Source: Takakia lepidozioides (lineage: Eukaryota > Plantae > Bryophyta). From it: 64,000 nt of DNA. A program made the position numbers and the translations under genes. Within the stretch, counting starts at the first letter, position 1. The number at the start of each line of letters is the position of its first letter. The stretch covers positions 50,530,001 through 50,594,000 of the forward strand of contig CM060734.1 in assembly GCA_030704615.1 (NCBI GenBank). Direction: 5' to 3'. This document shows positions 36,320 to 50,789 of the stretch, piece by piece. The notes below the pieces were generated by a model. That model made no database searches and had not been told where the DNA came from. It saw only the letters and a program-made list of their open reading frames with translations.

Positions 36320-38726
36320 CTAGCCTCCACGGAACTTCCATTCGCGTCGGCACATGGGGCAGTGAGGGCGAGGACTCTGAGAGTTGACCCACTTGAGGAT
36401 GCAGTGCAAATGAAACGCATGATTGCAGGCACCCCAGACTGCATAGCCAACCATCCACATGAGACAGAGATCAGTGCCACCATACAATCCAAGAGAAACA
36501 TGAATAATCTACTGCCTCTCTGTAAGTGGGTTTGAGGGCTAGGCAAAATTATGACAAACACCACTAAGATACTCCATCTATGGTTTTCTCGTTGTCCTGC
36601 TTTTCCCCTGGATGCTATGAACTTTCCGTCTTTTGCTGACATTCTTTGTATTTTGTTCCGAGTTTCTGCCATTCTTGTCCCTGTGGACAGTATAGAAGTT
36701 TTTGTCTCTTTCATTCCTCAGATGCTTGCTGAAGGCCTTTCAAGAGAATATCTAGCTGCCTCCCTTCTGCTCTCTTTACACACTCTTCCCTCCTCCCACT
36801 CCCAGCCTTTCTCTCTACCGAAATGGGTGCAGGGCCTGCAACTGCAAAGCTGCAGCATGATCCAATGAGCCCCCTCTGTACCATGGCCCTCCCTGGGACT
36901 CATGGACCTAATAACTTCTGACTCACATCATCCTTGTTCTCATGTTGACCCAGTACGCTGCAGTAATAGGCTCTCTCTCTCGATACAGCACGTTCGGGTC
37001 TAATTTCTGGGCAGCTCACACACAGCAAGTTGATGCTTGTGTGAAGGGCTTTCTAGAGGATATCTGGAAAACCCGAACTAATTGTCTCTATCAAGGTAAG
37101 TCACACTACCGGAGTGAGCCCCTCGCAAAGGTAGTATCTGTTCTCATTTGTTCCCCCCAAACTGCGTGGAGTCTATGGCCCACAAACAAAGTCTTATGAG
37201 GACATTCTTTCAAGACTTACAAGTTCTTTTCTACTCCTTTAACCAGGCTGACGTGCAACCACAAACAAGACGTTCTATGAACATCTACCGGATGTCCATA
37301 GAGTCCTGGTTGCACAAGCTATGTTAGGCATGGATGGCCATGGAATCCACTCTCTTCCATTTAAAATAGTTCAAATTTGGACTTGACCTGTTGGTACCCT
37401 TTTCTTTATCTCTCTAAGAGGAACAAGAATACAAAAGATGATAGCCAGAAATTTCCAAATGGTGAAGATATTGGTCAAAGACAACTTTCGTGCTTAAAGG
37501 CAAAATGCTACCTCCCTACCCTCCTGGAAGTGGCCCGATAAACACCCCAGGTGCAAGTGCAGGCAAGAACACATCAATCAGTCATTATCTAAACCAAAAC
37601 ACTCCCTCAGAATTGTTTGGGAAGTAAAAGGAGATCAGAGGTGGTACTCAGAGGGCAGTCATCCCCAGGCATTTTGCAGTCAGGGCAGCAGCCATCAAAC
37701 GCCATGCGACATATGCCGCACGCATCATCATGCGCATCCCATGTCCACGATGCCACCCCATGCCATCTGCAGATCTCACCCTATCCTTTTTCAGTGTCGT
37801 TGTGAGATGCAAACAAACATCACAGGCAACAGTCATTTTATTGCATGTGGAAAAATTGCCAACCAGATTCAACAGACACTTTGCCTGCAAGGACATCACC
37901 ATGCAGGCTGTAAATTGACAATCAGTCAAAGGCCAAGAACAAACGAAATCTCACAATGGTTGCGTTCCTGAACTCAGGCATGAAAAGGGAGTATATTTTG
38001 AGCTTTCGTGAGAAAGCTCACGACCTCAGATTCATGCGCTTTACTTCACACCGTAAATTCAAAAATGGCCACAGTTTGGCAGGGAGAGAAAAGAAATCTA
38101 TGATATCCACAGGAGGCTCAGAGGTCCCATGGAACAGAGTAGAACCACACAGCAGACCGAAACCGAAGAAACCATCAAACCCCAAACGTTGCACAGAGAC
38201 GGCGTGCCCATCCCAGTTCAGAAACTAAACACTTCGGGTCCTCAGAACTGAGGAAGGGACAAGCATCTATGAAAGAACACCAGTATGTCCTAGGAAGTTG
38301 GGGAGAGAGGGAGAGAGGGAGAGAGAGAGAGAGAGAGCGTACTCTGATTATCGAGCAGCAGTGTGCACCGAGTCTTAAATCAAGAAATCCACATTGACTC
38401 TTAGTCTTTCTAATGTTTGAACGACGTTTCTGCATCTGTCAGTCCGGCTGTCCCACTCTCATTCTCTCTGACTGGACCAACTTTGCCATGGCTAACTTGG
38501 TGTGATGGTAATTGTTCACTCTCAAACCCTCTGCGTATAACCCTCTAACCCACAAATGCAAATGGAAGCAGATTAGCAAACGAGCTACTCAACAGCAAAA
38601 GGTTGGATTTCGTTTATCAAGAACGCTAACTTGATCTTCACACCCTTGGTCTTGCTAGCTACTTGACAGGCACTGTAAGGGATAATTGCATTGGTTAGAA
38701 AGGATACTCAGAATCTTCACTTTCAT
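36320..38726 (-). CDS. APC11: Anaphase-promoting complex RING subunit 11; exons 38726-38708, 38343 (1 nt, inferred), 37766-37648, 36438-36320
   Basis: MKVKIL-K-WHGVASWTWDAHDDACGICRMAFDGCCPDCKMPGDDCPL-IWGACNHAFHLHCILKWVNSQSPRPHCPMCRREWKFRGG*. Confidence 0.93.
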
Positions 38727-39189
38727 CGTTGAAGCTTTGTCCAGGGCCTCAGATCACAGCTCCTCCTGCCCAACTTCGCTTCCCTCCAACCCTAGGCCAT
38801 GCACATACAATGGCGGGACTCGCATTTAAATGAAAATGAGTGCCTTCTCTACTGTGTATCAACCCTCCATATAGCAGCCAATCAGACCGTTTTGAAACGG
38901 CTATATGAAACTACTAGGGTACACCGAAGAGGTTCATCTTGAAGATCGATTTGTCATCGACATTTTCATACCTTCGCTCTATACCTATATTCGCTGGACT
39001 TCCATACGTACTTTGAGGTACAGTACATCCCTGCGTCTAAAATGTGCAGAGATTCTCAAAGGACTCGCTAACAGTGTGTTTATCGTCCCCTGAGATGTAA
39101 CAGTGGGTTTACATCGAAGTGGGTGATCGCAAGAAATCAAGCGAACGATTTGCTTGGGAGATAAAATCACGGAGGGTGGCCATCCTTAA

Positions 39190-42100
39190 ATGGACAAGGA
39201 GATTGTAAACAGGAGCGTTGTGACATTCACAACGCGCATCAAAGAACTTGAAGCCATTGTTACTTCTCTTTCAGCTGAAATTGAGGTATCTCTCAAACTG
39301 GGCTTCCAGTCTATGCAACAACTCTATCTCTCTCTCAATTCGACACAACCAGAAGATGTATCCTCAGTGGAGATGCTGCCCCCTAGTAATATCTAGTAGG
39401 AGGGGCCCTGATTTTTTTAAACGTTGCATTGTTTGCAATTTTGCGGACTCTTGTGGAAGTCACTTGCGTCTTGGATGCCTTGATGATATAGAAATAGACA
39501 CGTTAGAGATTAGTAGCTTATAGTTCTAAGCTCTGAACGATTATGTGATAGAATCCCTTGTCCTGTCTTCAATGGGAAAAAGTGCTGGAGAATTACAGTG
39601 GTGGTCAAAACAGCAAACCTCTAAGGACTTCAACTTTCTGTTGGATGGCAGCTAAACCCTAAACCCTAACCTACGTCTAGTTCATACATGAGATCATAAC
39701 TTCAACGTGAATCTGCACAGTGCAAATTGTTAATAGGCTGATGCATGTTGCCTATGCAGATTCTCCAGAAGGAAAACGTGAGGCTGGCAAAGAGTCTATC
39801 AGACGGTACGAAAGATCAGGTGCAATTCTTGGGGCTGATCAATAAATGTTTTGCTTGATCTTAGCAATACTACACATGTGAACGAGGGCCACTCGCATTG
39901 TCTGTTGTCAATGGCATATGCGGCAGTTTTCTCACAGTTGTAGCCTCAAGATCAGTATAACCATGTCTGCTTGAATCTCAATTGAGGTTTTGTTCACGTG
40001 CCTGGAAAGACACCTCTGCTTTCCAGAAGGAAATTAAACTATCTATCCTGTCAAAACTCACATCCATTACGCTAAACATGAGATCTTAGTTGGATGGTGA
40101 AATATTTACAGCCACCAGTTTATCATGTTTGTGATGCTTGTATGCAACTTGAACTGGTGCAAGGGGGAATCTGCATGGACAGACTGATGGAGAGTCTCAT
40201 ACAGGGCCATCAATGAGAGCTGAAGAAAATCCGCAGTCTGCCTCTCAAGAAAGAAATCTTGCAGTAATCAATTGGGAGGGTGTCGATGCTTGCACAACCA
40301 GCACCTGTGACAAAGTCCAACCAAAAGCAGGGAAACGGAAGAAGAGAAGTAAGTCAGGCCACTGGATTCTGAAAGCACTTCTGTAAAATTGACATGCTTG
40401 GGGGCATCATTGCTTTTGTGAGCCTTTGAAAGGCTGAGCTTTACTGGGGGATTTCTGTATTTGGTAGCCACGACACAGTTGCTGTGAGGATATTCTTTCC
40501 TCCCATGCCTCCAGTAGGAATAGTTGGCCAGTGGGCGCTAGGGATTTGGATGAGATCTACACTGCCTGTAACATTTGGCCTTGCACTAGTACCGACAAAG
40601 AGTACTGTGAATAAATCATTTTCTAAGGGCCTCAGAGATAGTTGGCATTCGTTGTTATGTGACATGGTCAAGTAGATGCTGCAAAAGGAGACATATCCCA
40701 TTATTCCAAACGGCATGTCGCTTTGAAGCTCATGTATCTGGGTTCCAGGTAAAATGCGCTATATTTGATTGGTTTGATAGTGTGGCATTGAATGATACCT
40801 AAGGCCTTCAATTTTCCATATCCAACTTGGACAGGCTTCCCCACTATGATATGTCTTGATGAGTCTTCAGTTTCTGGAAATTTGTGGGAGGAGAGGGAAA
40901 GATGCAAGAGCTGTAATGTAAGGGTGGAACCTAAGGCAGCCAAGGATGGGCAGGTACCATGGATTTGCATCACAAGCTGGATCACAGAGGACAGTAGAGG
41001 TATGCTTAGCCTTTGTGACTAAGACTTTGAGCAAGATATGAATTGGAGATTGGCAACTATCTGCAACCATTCACATCATTCAGTTGCATCTAATGGCTGG
41101 AGTTCATGGCTGAAACTGGAGAATTTGAAGAGCTGTGGCATCCCTTTGAACATTTCAAACTCTTTAGTACATGCTGCTTGCAGAGGACATGTGTCAGCAG
41201 AAAGACTGTAGAAACTAGGTGGTTGCAAATTCGTGTTGATAACTCTCATGTGCATGCCTCATAAATGTGTTTTGGACATTTTGGTGGCTGGGAAAAAATG
41301 AGTTGCTAAGTGGTCTATCTTTGATGTGAAGGCGGAGCTATTTGCTGCTTTGGAGAAGACGCGGTTGATAATAGGGAAGCCATCTGATGCACAGTACTCA
41401 CGGTGCGGGAGAACTGACAAGGGGGTGTCTGCCATCGGCCAGGTCTTCTCTTTGTTCTTGGGAAGCTCTCTCATGGCTCCCTATGCCCTTGAAGGTGCCT
41501 TTCTAGGCTTGGTCATGATATTGCAGACTTGTTGGCTTCTCCTAGTCTTCGTGTATGGTAGGCTGGAAAGTTGGGAAATTTTTTGTCCTAGGTATGGCAA
41601 TGAAATGTGTATGTGTGATGTGGGTAGATGCTAATTTAGAATTTGGTGATCTGGGTATTGATATTGAGGATGGAACTGTGTTCACTGTGTACTTTGACTG
41701 TTTCTTGATCTAACAAAAGCTGCATAAAGTAGATCTGTGTGAAAAGAGCCTGATCTTTTAATGTGGGAACCCGGGGCAGGTAGTAGCACTTTATTTGCGC
41801 TCTAACCGGAAACTCCAGGAGGAAGGGCACTGTACGGTGCCCAAGAATGTAGAAGACACATCAGATTTAGCTGTGTCACTCGAACCTAGTGTTCCTGAGG
41901 AGATTCAGCAACAAGTGAAAGGAGGTGACAGAGAGGAGCTAATACAGACTGAGAATACAGCCAATGAAGTTCAAGGAGACAGGGTTATGATGGCAAGGGC
42001 AAGCCGTAGTGAAGAGGAAGTAGTTGCTGCAACAGCAGGTATAATGCTGCTTTATCTTTGAAAGGGAGGATCAAAGGATGGATCTGCTTGTAAGTGGAGA

Positions 42101-45100
42101 CAGAAGAATGAAATGAAATGAAATTGTACTTTATAATGTCCGTGGGAAGCTCAAAGAGCTTATGGGACAAGAGGAAGAAAGAAACAAGAAAGAGAGAGGG
42201 GCCACAAGCAGCCCAAAGCAACTATAGCTCAAGGGATTGTCTAAGAGGCACTTTATAACGTTCATTGGGGGAACCCCAAGGTCTGAATGGGACAACCTAG
42301 AATAACAAGAAAAAGGAAATAAAGATATAGAGACAGAAACAAATTAATTGTGTCTCCGGCCCAGACACCCCAAGGTACAAAGGTAAGGTGGGGACAAGGT
42401 CTCTCTTGCTAGAGAGGTAAACACTGACTGGTTCCAGAGCATGGCATGAATCAGACGAGGAGGAGATTGATTATGTGGGGGTGCTGAACCGTGCCCTTCC
42501 TGATGATATCCGGATGCTTGGTTGGTGCCCTGTTCCGCACGGCTTCAATGCCAGGTCTGTCTACTTACCTTCCTCGTATCGGTATTGAGCCATTCAGTTT
42601 AATTGGAAGTTGCACCGGCCTTCACAATCAACCTTCCAACCAGAATGCTGAGCTATTTTGCAAATCTGAATGGAGATCCTGTGACTCGCAGTAGAGATGT
42701 CCTCAGTTGTTCCACAGATAACATACCTACGTTTGGCACTTGATGAGAAGCCTGTACTAAACACCATCAGCTGGCCCGACCAAAATCTCAAAGGGCCTGT
42801 AATAATTTTTTGTCACAAAGGGATTTGGCTACAATTGCAAGTAATTGTTTTTCTATTCCTGATTGGGCAGGTTCAGTTGCTTGTATCGAGAGTATAAGTA
42901 CTTTTTCATCGATGATGGCCTCAATATCAATGTAAGTGCAGGTAGCTTAATAGCTCTGGAATCATTAAGTCTTAAGAATAGTAATGCTCATTGAATCTCT
43001 CAATAGTTATTCTACAATTCTATCAACTGGGGAGGATTTTTTTCTATAGTCATCATATTCGGGAACACGTTGCTTGCGATTTGAAATTGGCTGGGAGGGG
43101 TTTTAGTTAGTGCCTAGTATGTTGGGAAATTGTGCTCATCCCTACCCCACAGAGGCCTCATTGTCTGCCTGGCATTGAACTGTATATCTGTCCATATGCT
43201 TCCATATGCACAATTCGGAGGTCTTTGAAGCAGAAACATCTTTATCATGGCTTGCTGAATTTAGAAGTCCAGAAGTCATTACTTCAGAAGAAACTCTTTA
43301 CTAAATATTTGTGAAAACAATAGCATTATCCTGATATCGTGGAGTCAAAGATAAAGCATTAACATTTGAACACTATGTGCTTTCAGACTATCATTCTCTC
43401 TCAGTGCAAATATTATTCTGAAAATGCTTAAAATAAAATTTCGTGTTTTATTAATTGGGACGAGGCAATGGTGTGATTCATCCACGGCTCCCAAGTTTCT
43501 TGAACATATATGGGGCAGCCCATTTTAGGCCACTCAGGCTTTTGGAGATACATATGTACAATTCACATGTAATGGAGGAGCTTAGGAAAAAGTAAGTCCA
43601 ACACCTGCATTTCTTGTTAATTCAATGGTGGTGTTCTTGGTTAACTCTCGTTTACTCCCAGATTAAGGTAACTTTGGTTAGCCGAGAAAGCCTCAACTTA
43701 GCTGATTATACTTGCTTCAGGAAATGAAGGTGGCTTGTAAGAAATTTGAGGGGGAGCATGATTTTTCCAATTTCTGCAAAATGGATGCGGCCAACGTGCA
43801 CAACTATGTGCGTACCATCAACAACTTCACCATTGTTCCCGTTGACGAAAGGTGTGCATCCTTCTTTCCTCCTATATTCTTTATGCTTTTAGTGTCACAC
43901 ACATTACCATATGTTAGTTCCCTCCTCTTTCTATATTGAGTACCAATTCCAAGAAAAAAACATTCATACAAGGATAAAGGGGAAGACAAAGTCTTGACAA
44001 TAGAGATGTGAAAATTGGAATCTTACAATGATGATTCAAAACCTCCAAGTCATGTGGACCAGAGCATGAATTGATCTAGAAAATATGGAACTGAACAGGT
44101 GGGGAGGTCGGCAGGTCTGGGTGATGAGAGTAAAAGGGACTGCGTTTCTCTGGCATCAAGTCCGGTGCATGGCTGCGGTTCTTTTCATGGTGGGTTATGG
44201 GCATGAGTCTCCTATGGTGAGTTGTGCACTTTTTCTGAACTGATTGCTCTTTTGTCTGCTGTGATGAGCACTGTGGCAATTTCCAGTAGAGTTTCTATAC
44301 CTGCTGGTGCTTTGTGGAACTATGAAAAAGATGTTGCTTGTTAACCGACATTTCAGGGACTTGTCAATGCGTGTATGTTCTTCCTCTGTGATTCTAGCCA
44401 GTGATTGGATTGCCTTTGGCCATGAGGGTCCCCTCTGTCATATTCTGAACTGTTGGGTGACCACTCTGTGAGGCTTCCGTGGACTGTACAGTCAAGTGTG
44501 CGTAATAGCCAAGGTAATGCTAGGCTTTTTGCTGAAGTATGCCTAGAGTGGTTGCCGTCTGCCTCGTGGAAGACCAGCCCCTCAGGAAAGAAATGGTGGT
44601 ATTGCATACCATACTATGCTGCCATGCATGTCTTTTTCCCCACTGGCTGTGATACCCTATTTGAGACCCTAGTTCACCTGTTTCATTTGTCTGATTCCAA
44701 GGCAGCTATGGTGGGTCCCCTGTAGTCTCATAAATGAACCAGGAGTAGAGTCACAGCAGAGTATAGGCGTGGGGTGCAGGTTGTGGAGGAACTGCTGGAT
44801 CTTAGCAAGTTTGTGAGAAAACCGCAGTACATCATGGCTCCTGAGCTACCCCTGCTTCTCTCTTCATGCGGTTTTCAGGGCCTGGTTTTCCAGTGCCTTC
44901 ATGGTATTACCCCTTTAATTATTAGTTATTGAGCTGAGAGAGAGATTATGATGTACTCAGTGCTTGATAGCCTTGTCATTCTGTCATGTAACCTTCTGGG
45001 AAAAGATGTTTTCATTAGATGTTTCTTGCCGTAGCTATACCCTTGTGGGTGAAGAGATAGGATGCTGAAGATAATTATATTGTATGCTGTAGCAGATGGA

Positions 45101-45672
45101 TTGAGGCACCTCCGATTGCACTTGGAGAAACAGTTGCAGGATATCCTTGTGAATGCTGCCCTCCTGCAACAAGGCTTGTTGGAGCTCACCATCTCTGGTG
45201 GGATATTACATGTCTATTCATTGTGTGGTCAACCTGAGAAGTCGTGCTGCACAATGGACCGTTTGTGAGTACATTTGAATTTGTGCTACATGGCTCCATT
45301 GATAGTTAGATCCATGCTGGAGACAGTCATGGGATGTGCTTTGTTTTCAGGAAACACTTTAAGGATGTGCCCCAACCACGAAAGCAAGAAGAGCATTCAT
45401 GTTCCACTTACAATCCGCCCAACTGAGCGTAAGTATTTGTTTCTGTCACACCTGTTACTGTGTTGAGTTTTTTGTAGTTCCCAGACATTCAAGGGTTTTG
45501 AGCAGCTGGAATGGTGAAATATGAGCTGTATGTTGAAACATTTAACGTAATCACTTGCATTTCATGCCAGAACTTTGACATATCTTTGCAAATCTAATTG
45601 CCAAACTGGGCTTATGCAGCAAGCTACAAGGAGCGTCGGGGAAGGACGACTTCTCTAACTGCAGGTGCATAG
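39190..45672 (+). CDS. tRNA pseudouridine 38/39 synthase (TruA family, PUS3/DEG1-like), multi-exon; start uncertain
   Basis: RHVALKLMYLG / YHGFASQ / YSRCGRTDKGVSAIGQ / LNRALPDDIR / ARFSCLYREYKY / GEHDFSNFCKMD / AFLWHQVRCM / KPQYIMAPELPL. Confidence 0.92.
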
Positions 45673-47179
45673 TGGACAATTATCATCACATCTATACCAT
45701 GGCATGTAGCTCATTGTTATAACCCCTGGAACCCTTGATACAGTGCTATGACTTCCCACAACATTTACCTGTCTCTCTGCAATTCATCTTCCTCAAAAGT
45801 TGTAGGTATGAGTTGGGGACTTGGGCAGATAGGACAACTGAGTTTCTCTCTTTTGCGCTTCAGTTTGTCTGAAGCATTTTTTTGTGCATCTTTCAGCTTC
45901 ATCATCGTTTAACGTGGTATGCTTGGTCAGGCCATCCTGATGTGATATTCTGAGGCAACACAATGCCTACATTTTTAGATTACTTGTTATACAGACTTGT
46001 CACACCGTTGTGGAATGTTGCGGCTCACAAAAGAGTTGAGGCTTACAAAAGAGTTGAGGCTTTTCTTTAATAGCACAAGGGAGAGAGAACTTCTTGACCT
46101 GTTGCAGGCTTGTCCTGACCTGGTCTTGTTCTTGACCTGGTCCCTAAGTATTATAAGAATTATGAAGTATTAAGAAGTATTATTGCGAGTCCATCGTTCA
46201 ATTCACTAAGTGCCACTCCACTACAGTTACTATTCTTGTCGCTTGTTGCTTGTCCGTAAAAACATTAAAATCAATTTTCCATAATTTACAATTTATTGGA
46301 TAGTATTGAAGTTTTTATGTATATTTACTGTAGATTTATATTATCGTTTATATTTTTTTATATCTAGATATCAAAATGCAAATATAGTTTGAATACAAGG
46401 AAAGCAACAAAATATTTTTGCGGTCAATAAACTATAGGTCTCCTCCACAATTAGTTATCCATGTTATTTTTTCATCTTGTAACTATTTTTTAAGAACATC
46501 AATTCCAATGACTCTCCTCCTATTTTCTTAAAAAACAAAACAAAACAAAACAAAATCAATTTTATCTTCACTTTTATCCAACAATAATTTTATGAGGTTT
46601 TAATGCAGATATTCTACAAATGAATTCCGTATCAACAAAACAATTATAAATATTCATGACATGGAAATCCAATTCACAATTATAAATATCATACCTAGTA
46701 TTACCAAAAGCTTATCAGACGGACCATACTACATAGATCTGTATTTATTGCTTTCAAATTATCTAAGTATTAATTTTGCTGCCAACATCTCTCATCAACT
46801 AGGAGGAGCCACTGCACTCATGGCTGATTTTTGCACCTGTCACAAGGCATTTGACAGGCAGAAAAAGGCGAAAAAAAGGCAATGAGAAAAAAATGCCTGT
46901 CACAGTGAAAGTCAAAAAACAAAATAGCCTGTCAAAAGAAAGGCAGAAATTTCTGATAATTAGGGGTAATTTGATTACTAAGTCCACCTAGGAGAGGCTC
47001 ACAAAGCCTGAAAGCTACAAATGAATAGAAAATCTGCAGAGATTATTGATAGTTATTAGCAATTTTATTACTAAGTCCACCTAGAGGCTAGGAGAGGCTA
47101 AAAAAGGTACAATTTGCTAGTAGTTTTTGTTAATCTTACTAGTAAGTCCACCTAGGGGAGCCTCACCGAGCATTGCCAG

Positions 47180-47448
47180 CAGTGTTTTTCCTAGGAAATT
47201 TGGAAAACAGCACGAGTGGCTACAGTTATGCAGAAAATAGCAGTACATTCTATTCATCCACTGAAATCATCCACTTCTGTACCATAATCCATATATATCA
47301 TCCATATTTGGCAAATGCATCCATAATTTATTTTTATTTGGAGAAATTTGGCAATTTCATCCATGAAAACATGGGACTTTCGACAGAATATTCCTTTATT
47401 TTTTTGAGGTCGAAATCTGGCGAAAATTTGCCTATAAAAAAAACGTTG
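47180..47448. mobile_element. hAT-like MITE
   Basis: TIR CAGTGTTTTT..TAGG.AAATTT versus AAATTTGCCTA.AAAAAAACGTTG; 8-bp TSD attgccag / agtgccag (7 of 8). Confidence 0.7.
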
Positions 47449-47589
47449 AGTGCCAGCTGCCCTTCTTTGTTTTTCAAGCCTTAAACCTCCAAGCTTACTT
47501 AGGCTCTCCCTCTTTGTTTCATGTGCGTGCTCCAGCCTCCATTCTTAGTTTTTTTTTTTTTTTTTCTTTCCTTGAGACCAGGTGTTGAG

Positions 47590-47700
47590 TAGACAGATAT
47601 GTGGAAATATCCATTTTGGATAATGTGGGCATGCACTTGCTTTCTTGTTTCTAGGTCTTTACTCTTGATACACCCTTGTAAAATGCACAATTAAGTACTC
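47590..47700 (-). pseudogene. Small PPR fragment
   Basis: CILQGCIKSKDLETRKQVHAHIIQNG, similar to the L motif at 1100-1200. Confidence 0.6.
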
Positions 47701-48663
47701 GAGTCTGGCGGCCAAAATGAATTGCTGGTTCAAATCGTGTAGTGCCTGTTTGACTTGTTCTCCCTTACACCGTGTACCCACAGCCACAACAGTGCCAGAA
47801 AAATTCTTCTTGAGTCCCTCTCCTGATCGTGTTTCATGACTCAAAATCTTAACTTACAATCAACTGGCATATTGTATTCCTAGCTCATTGATAAGCCAAG
47901 AGAATCTCTCTCAAAGAAGAGAGGCTTGGGACTACCTATGAAGAGGTTAAAAATGCTAAAGTCTTATAGTTAGAGAATAAGTGGTACAAATGCTACATGT
48001 TTGGGTTGGAACCCATGAAAATAGTAAAGACAATACCATATGTATTCACGGACTGGAGCTTCACTAATTGTAGTTGTAAGAAGTTCACATTTTATTTTAT
48101 TTTTATTTTTTAACTTCACACTTCTTTTATTTTTCGTCTTAATTTCATATGACAAAATTGTGTGAAAGGTCAAAAATCTGTCAACCTGTCATGTGAAAGG
48201 CATTTTCTCAAAGTTGTATGTCACAGTGAAAGTTAAAAAAAAAATTTAACATTTCACAAAAAAGGTAGGCCTACCTGTCAAAAAACAACTCTGGCTGCAC
48301 TTGCCCCAATACTTGCCCCAATACGGCAATCTACCCCAAAAAAGTGCTCCATGGTTGGCTCAGCGTGTTGCGGGCCCGCCTTAATCGTGGTGCCGGGCAC
48401 TTTGCCAATTATACCGGGACCCACCAACCAGGCTACATTAAACTTGTAAGTTATTTGGGAGTTAATGCGATATGATGGCCTCGGTCAACGCGCCCAGATT
48501 GTGATCAAGGGCGTGCCCGGGGGCTATCTGGTATCATCCCACAAAATTTACTGTCGTCCCTGTAAACGAGGGCATATAGCGTTTGACTTGCCGTGCTAAC
48601 CATGGAGATGCTCTAAGGTATATTCATCAATGCAGTATCTAGACCTTTGGTCAACCACGTTAA

Positions 48664-49525
48664 GGGTCATTCACACTTGCTGATACACTCATTGGTCGCT
48701 GATACCTACTTCTGTTCATATATACAACCTCGCCACCGATTAGGATCCTACGTGACTGATTACGTGGCACACTATCGGCGCGCTTATCGTTGAGCGATAA
48801 CCCCGCTCATACCTTACGCCGGATCTTCACATTTTGAACATTCACGCGCCTATTGCCGGCAATCTATCACTCCGAAACCTCAGCATGTAAATTATCTATC
48901 TCTCTATCTCCTTCATTGAGGCCCAGCTTCGTTGCAAGCTTCACGCAAGCTTCGGGGCAGTGAATGTTGCAGATTGCGTTGATATGCATAGGTTGGGCGA
49001 GATGCAGACACAATCCTCTAGTGCAATGGATCTCTCGCAGTGGATCTGTAGAGGCAACAAGGCCAATGCGAGGGAGAGGGAGAGAAGGCCGAGGAGCAGC
49101 TAATTCGGGAAGGCAGAAGACACAAGGTTAAGGATTTTTGTGCTTCCAAAACAATATGAAAGAACTGCATCAACAGAATTACCTTAAGTGGCCTCATGAT
49201 GTTGAATTGCTCAAACCTCAGTAGTCTGACAAGTCTTCAGGAGAAATGCTTAATTTCGCTGCTAGAAGGAAGAAGGAGTTGGACAAGCTGTGATGGGCCT
49301 CAATTATCACACGTTATCGCATGTTTGTTTCATGAACAGGGATAGCGTGTGTGAGTTGAGAGCTTACGACATGGTCTATTTATCAACAAGTATAAACGGT
49401 GATAGTATGCTGCTAATAAATAGTTACCGAAACCATAAAAAAAAATTAGGTCGAGGTGATAAAATGAGATGTTGATAATGTTAACCTATTTTACGTTGGT
49501 AGCATATCAGCAAGTGTGAAGGCTC
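48664..49525. mobile_element. PIF/Harbinger-like non-autonomous element
   Basis: taa-GGGTCATTCACACTTGCTGATA ... TATCAGCAAGTGTGAAGGCTC imperfect TIRs; right TSD degenerate. Confidence 0.55.
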
Positions 49526-50789
49526 TTTTATCCATGTAGGATATTGAGATTGATTAGGAAATGGCTATAAGAAAACCTATTTCTAAGAAATACTTTGCAC
49601 CCATCTATAAAGACATATTGGGAGTGGGGGACATTGTTGCTTTCAAAACCAATATGCAGATGAATTAATTGAAATCAAATAGTATTGTAATTTGTTCGTA
49701 ACAATCAAAACATAGGTTGTGCGCTGATTGGTTGCCATGAACAGTTTTAAAGTTTCTTTGAGCTTGGGAGGCGTTAGTTTTTGAAGGGGGCAATCCTTCA
49801 CATACATCAAACATGAGTCTTAATTTGGTCTCCTTGTTCATCCTAACTACTAACTAGTTGTGGTACAGGCTCATTGGCCTGACCATTCTGCATACATATT
49901 ATTCTTTGATAAATAATAATTTTATTTTTGAATTATCTGTGTTCATTCTACGGACTGTCCACCAATGGAGTGACATCACAATAATTTTCTAAATAAATTG
50001 TATGTGGAGTCATCAGATTTTGGAGTCATCAGGATTCAAAGCTGAAACTGTCACCAAAAATGTCTTTAAACGACATTTTACGTGTGCATGTATGTCACAA
50101 ATAGGAGTAGGTTGAGGATAAGACTCATCACCTACTACCGGGTAAGTAGTTTGCTTTCAAGACCAACATTTGGTCAAATCTTAAATGTCCTTTAGTTCGT
50201 CAAATTGATCATGGGAGGTCGTGATCAAATTGACACCCATGATATGTGTGTATATTGCTAATAAATTGTTGTGGGCAAAAAACACTAATGTTTTAAGGTA
50301 GGATAGCCACTCCATTTCCTCTAATTCCTCGTCCTTCCTTACACTGCTGATTGTAGTATCATCAAATTTGTTGTAGCCACCACTGGTAATGCTCAATCTT
50401 TGCGGGAACCAAGTTGGTTAAGCATCACCTCGATGGCAACAATGAAAGCTCCTGATTATCTCTTAAGATTTGTGCCATTGAGCTCACTTTCAAACGTTAC
50501 AGTCCAGAAGTATCATCACTGTTCAGAATATAGGCTGCCAGTCTACCATCATTGTTGAACTTCTCTGTACAATCCATGCAATCAGTAGAACATTTCGACC
50601 CAGCAAGCACAGCTTAATATTATTCAATGTAGCAATAGGATAGAACTCTACAATAGCGTTCATTACCCGGAACAATAATGCCGCCGTCGTTGAAAATTAG
50701 CATATCAGTTTACTATCAAACCTGACGTTTCATTATCTGCTCATGAGAGCCATCACTGAATAAACTAATCAGGAATCAATAGACAGACT

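Noticed and set aside
39653-39670. Telomeric repeat TAAACCC x2
   Set aside because: Too short for an interstitial telomere; a telo-box-like motif in an intron
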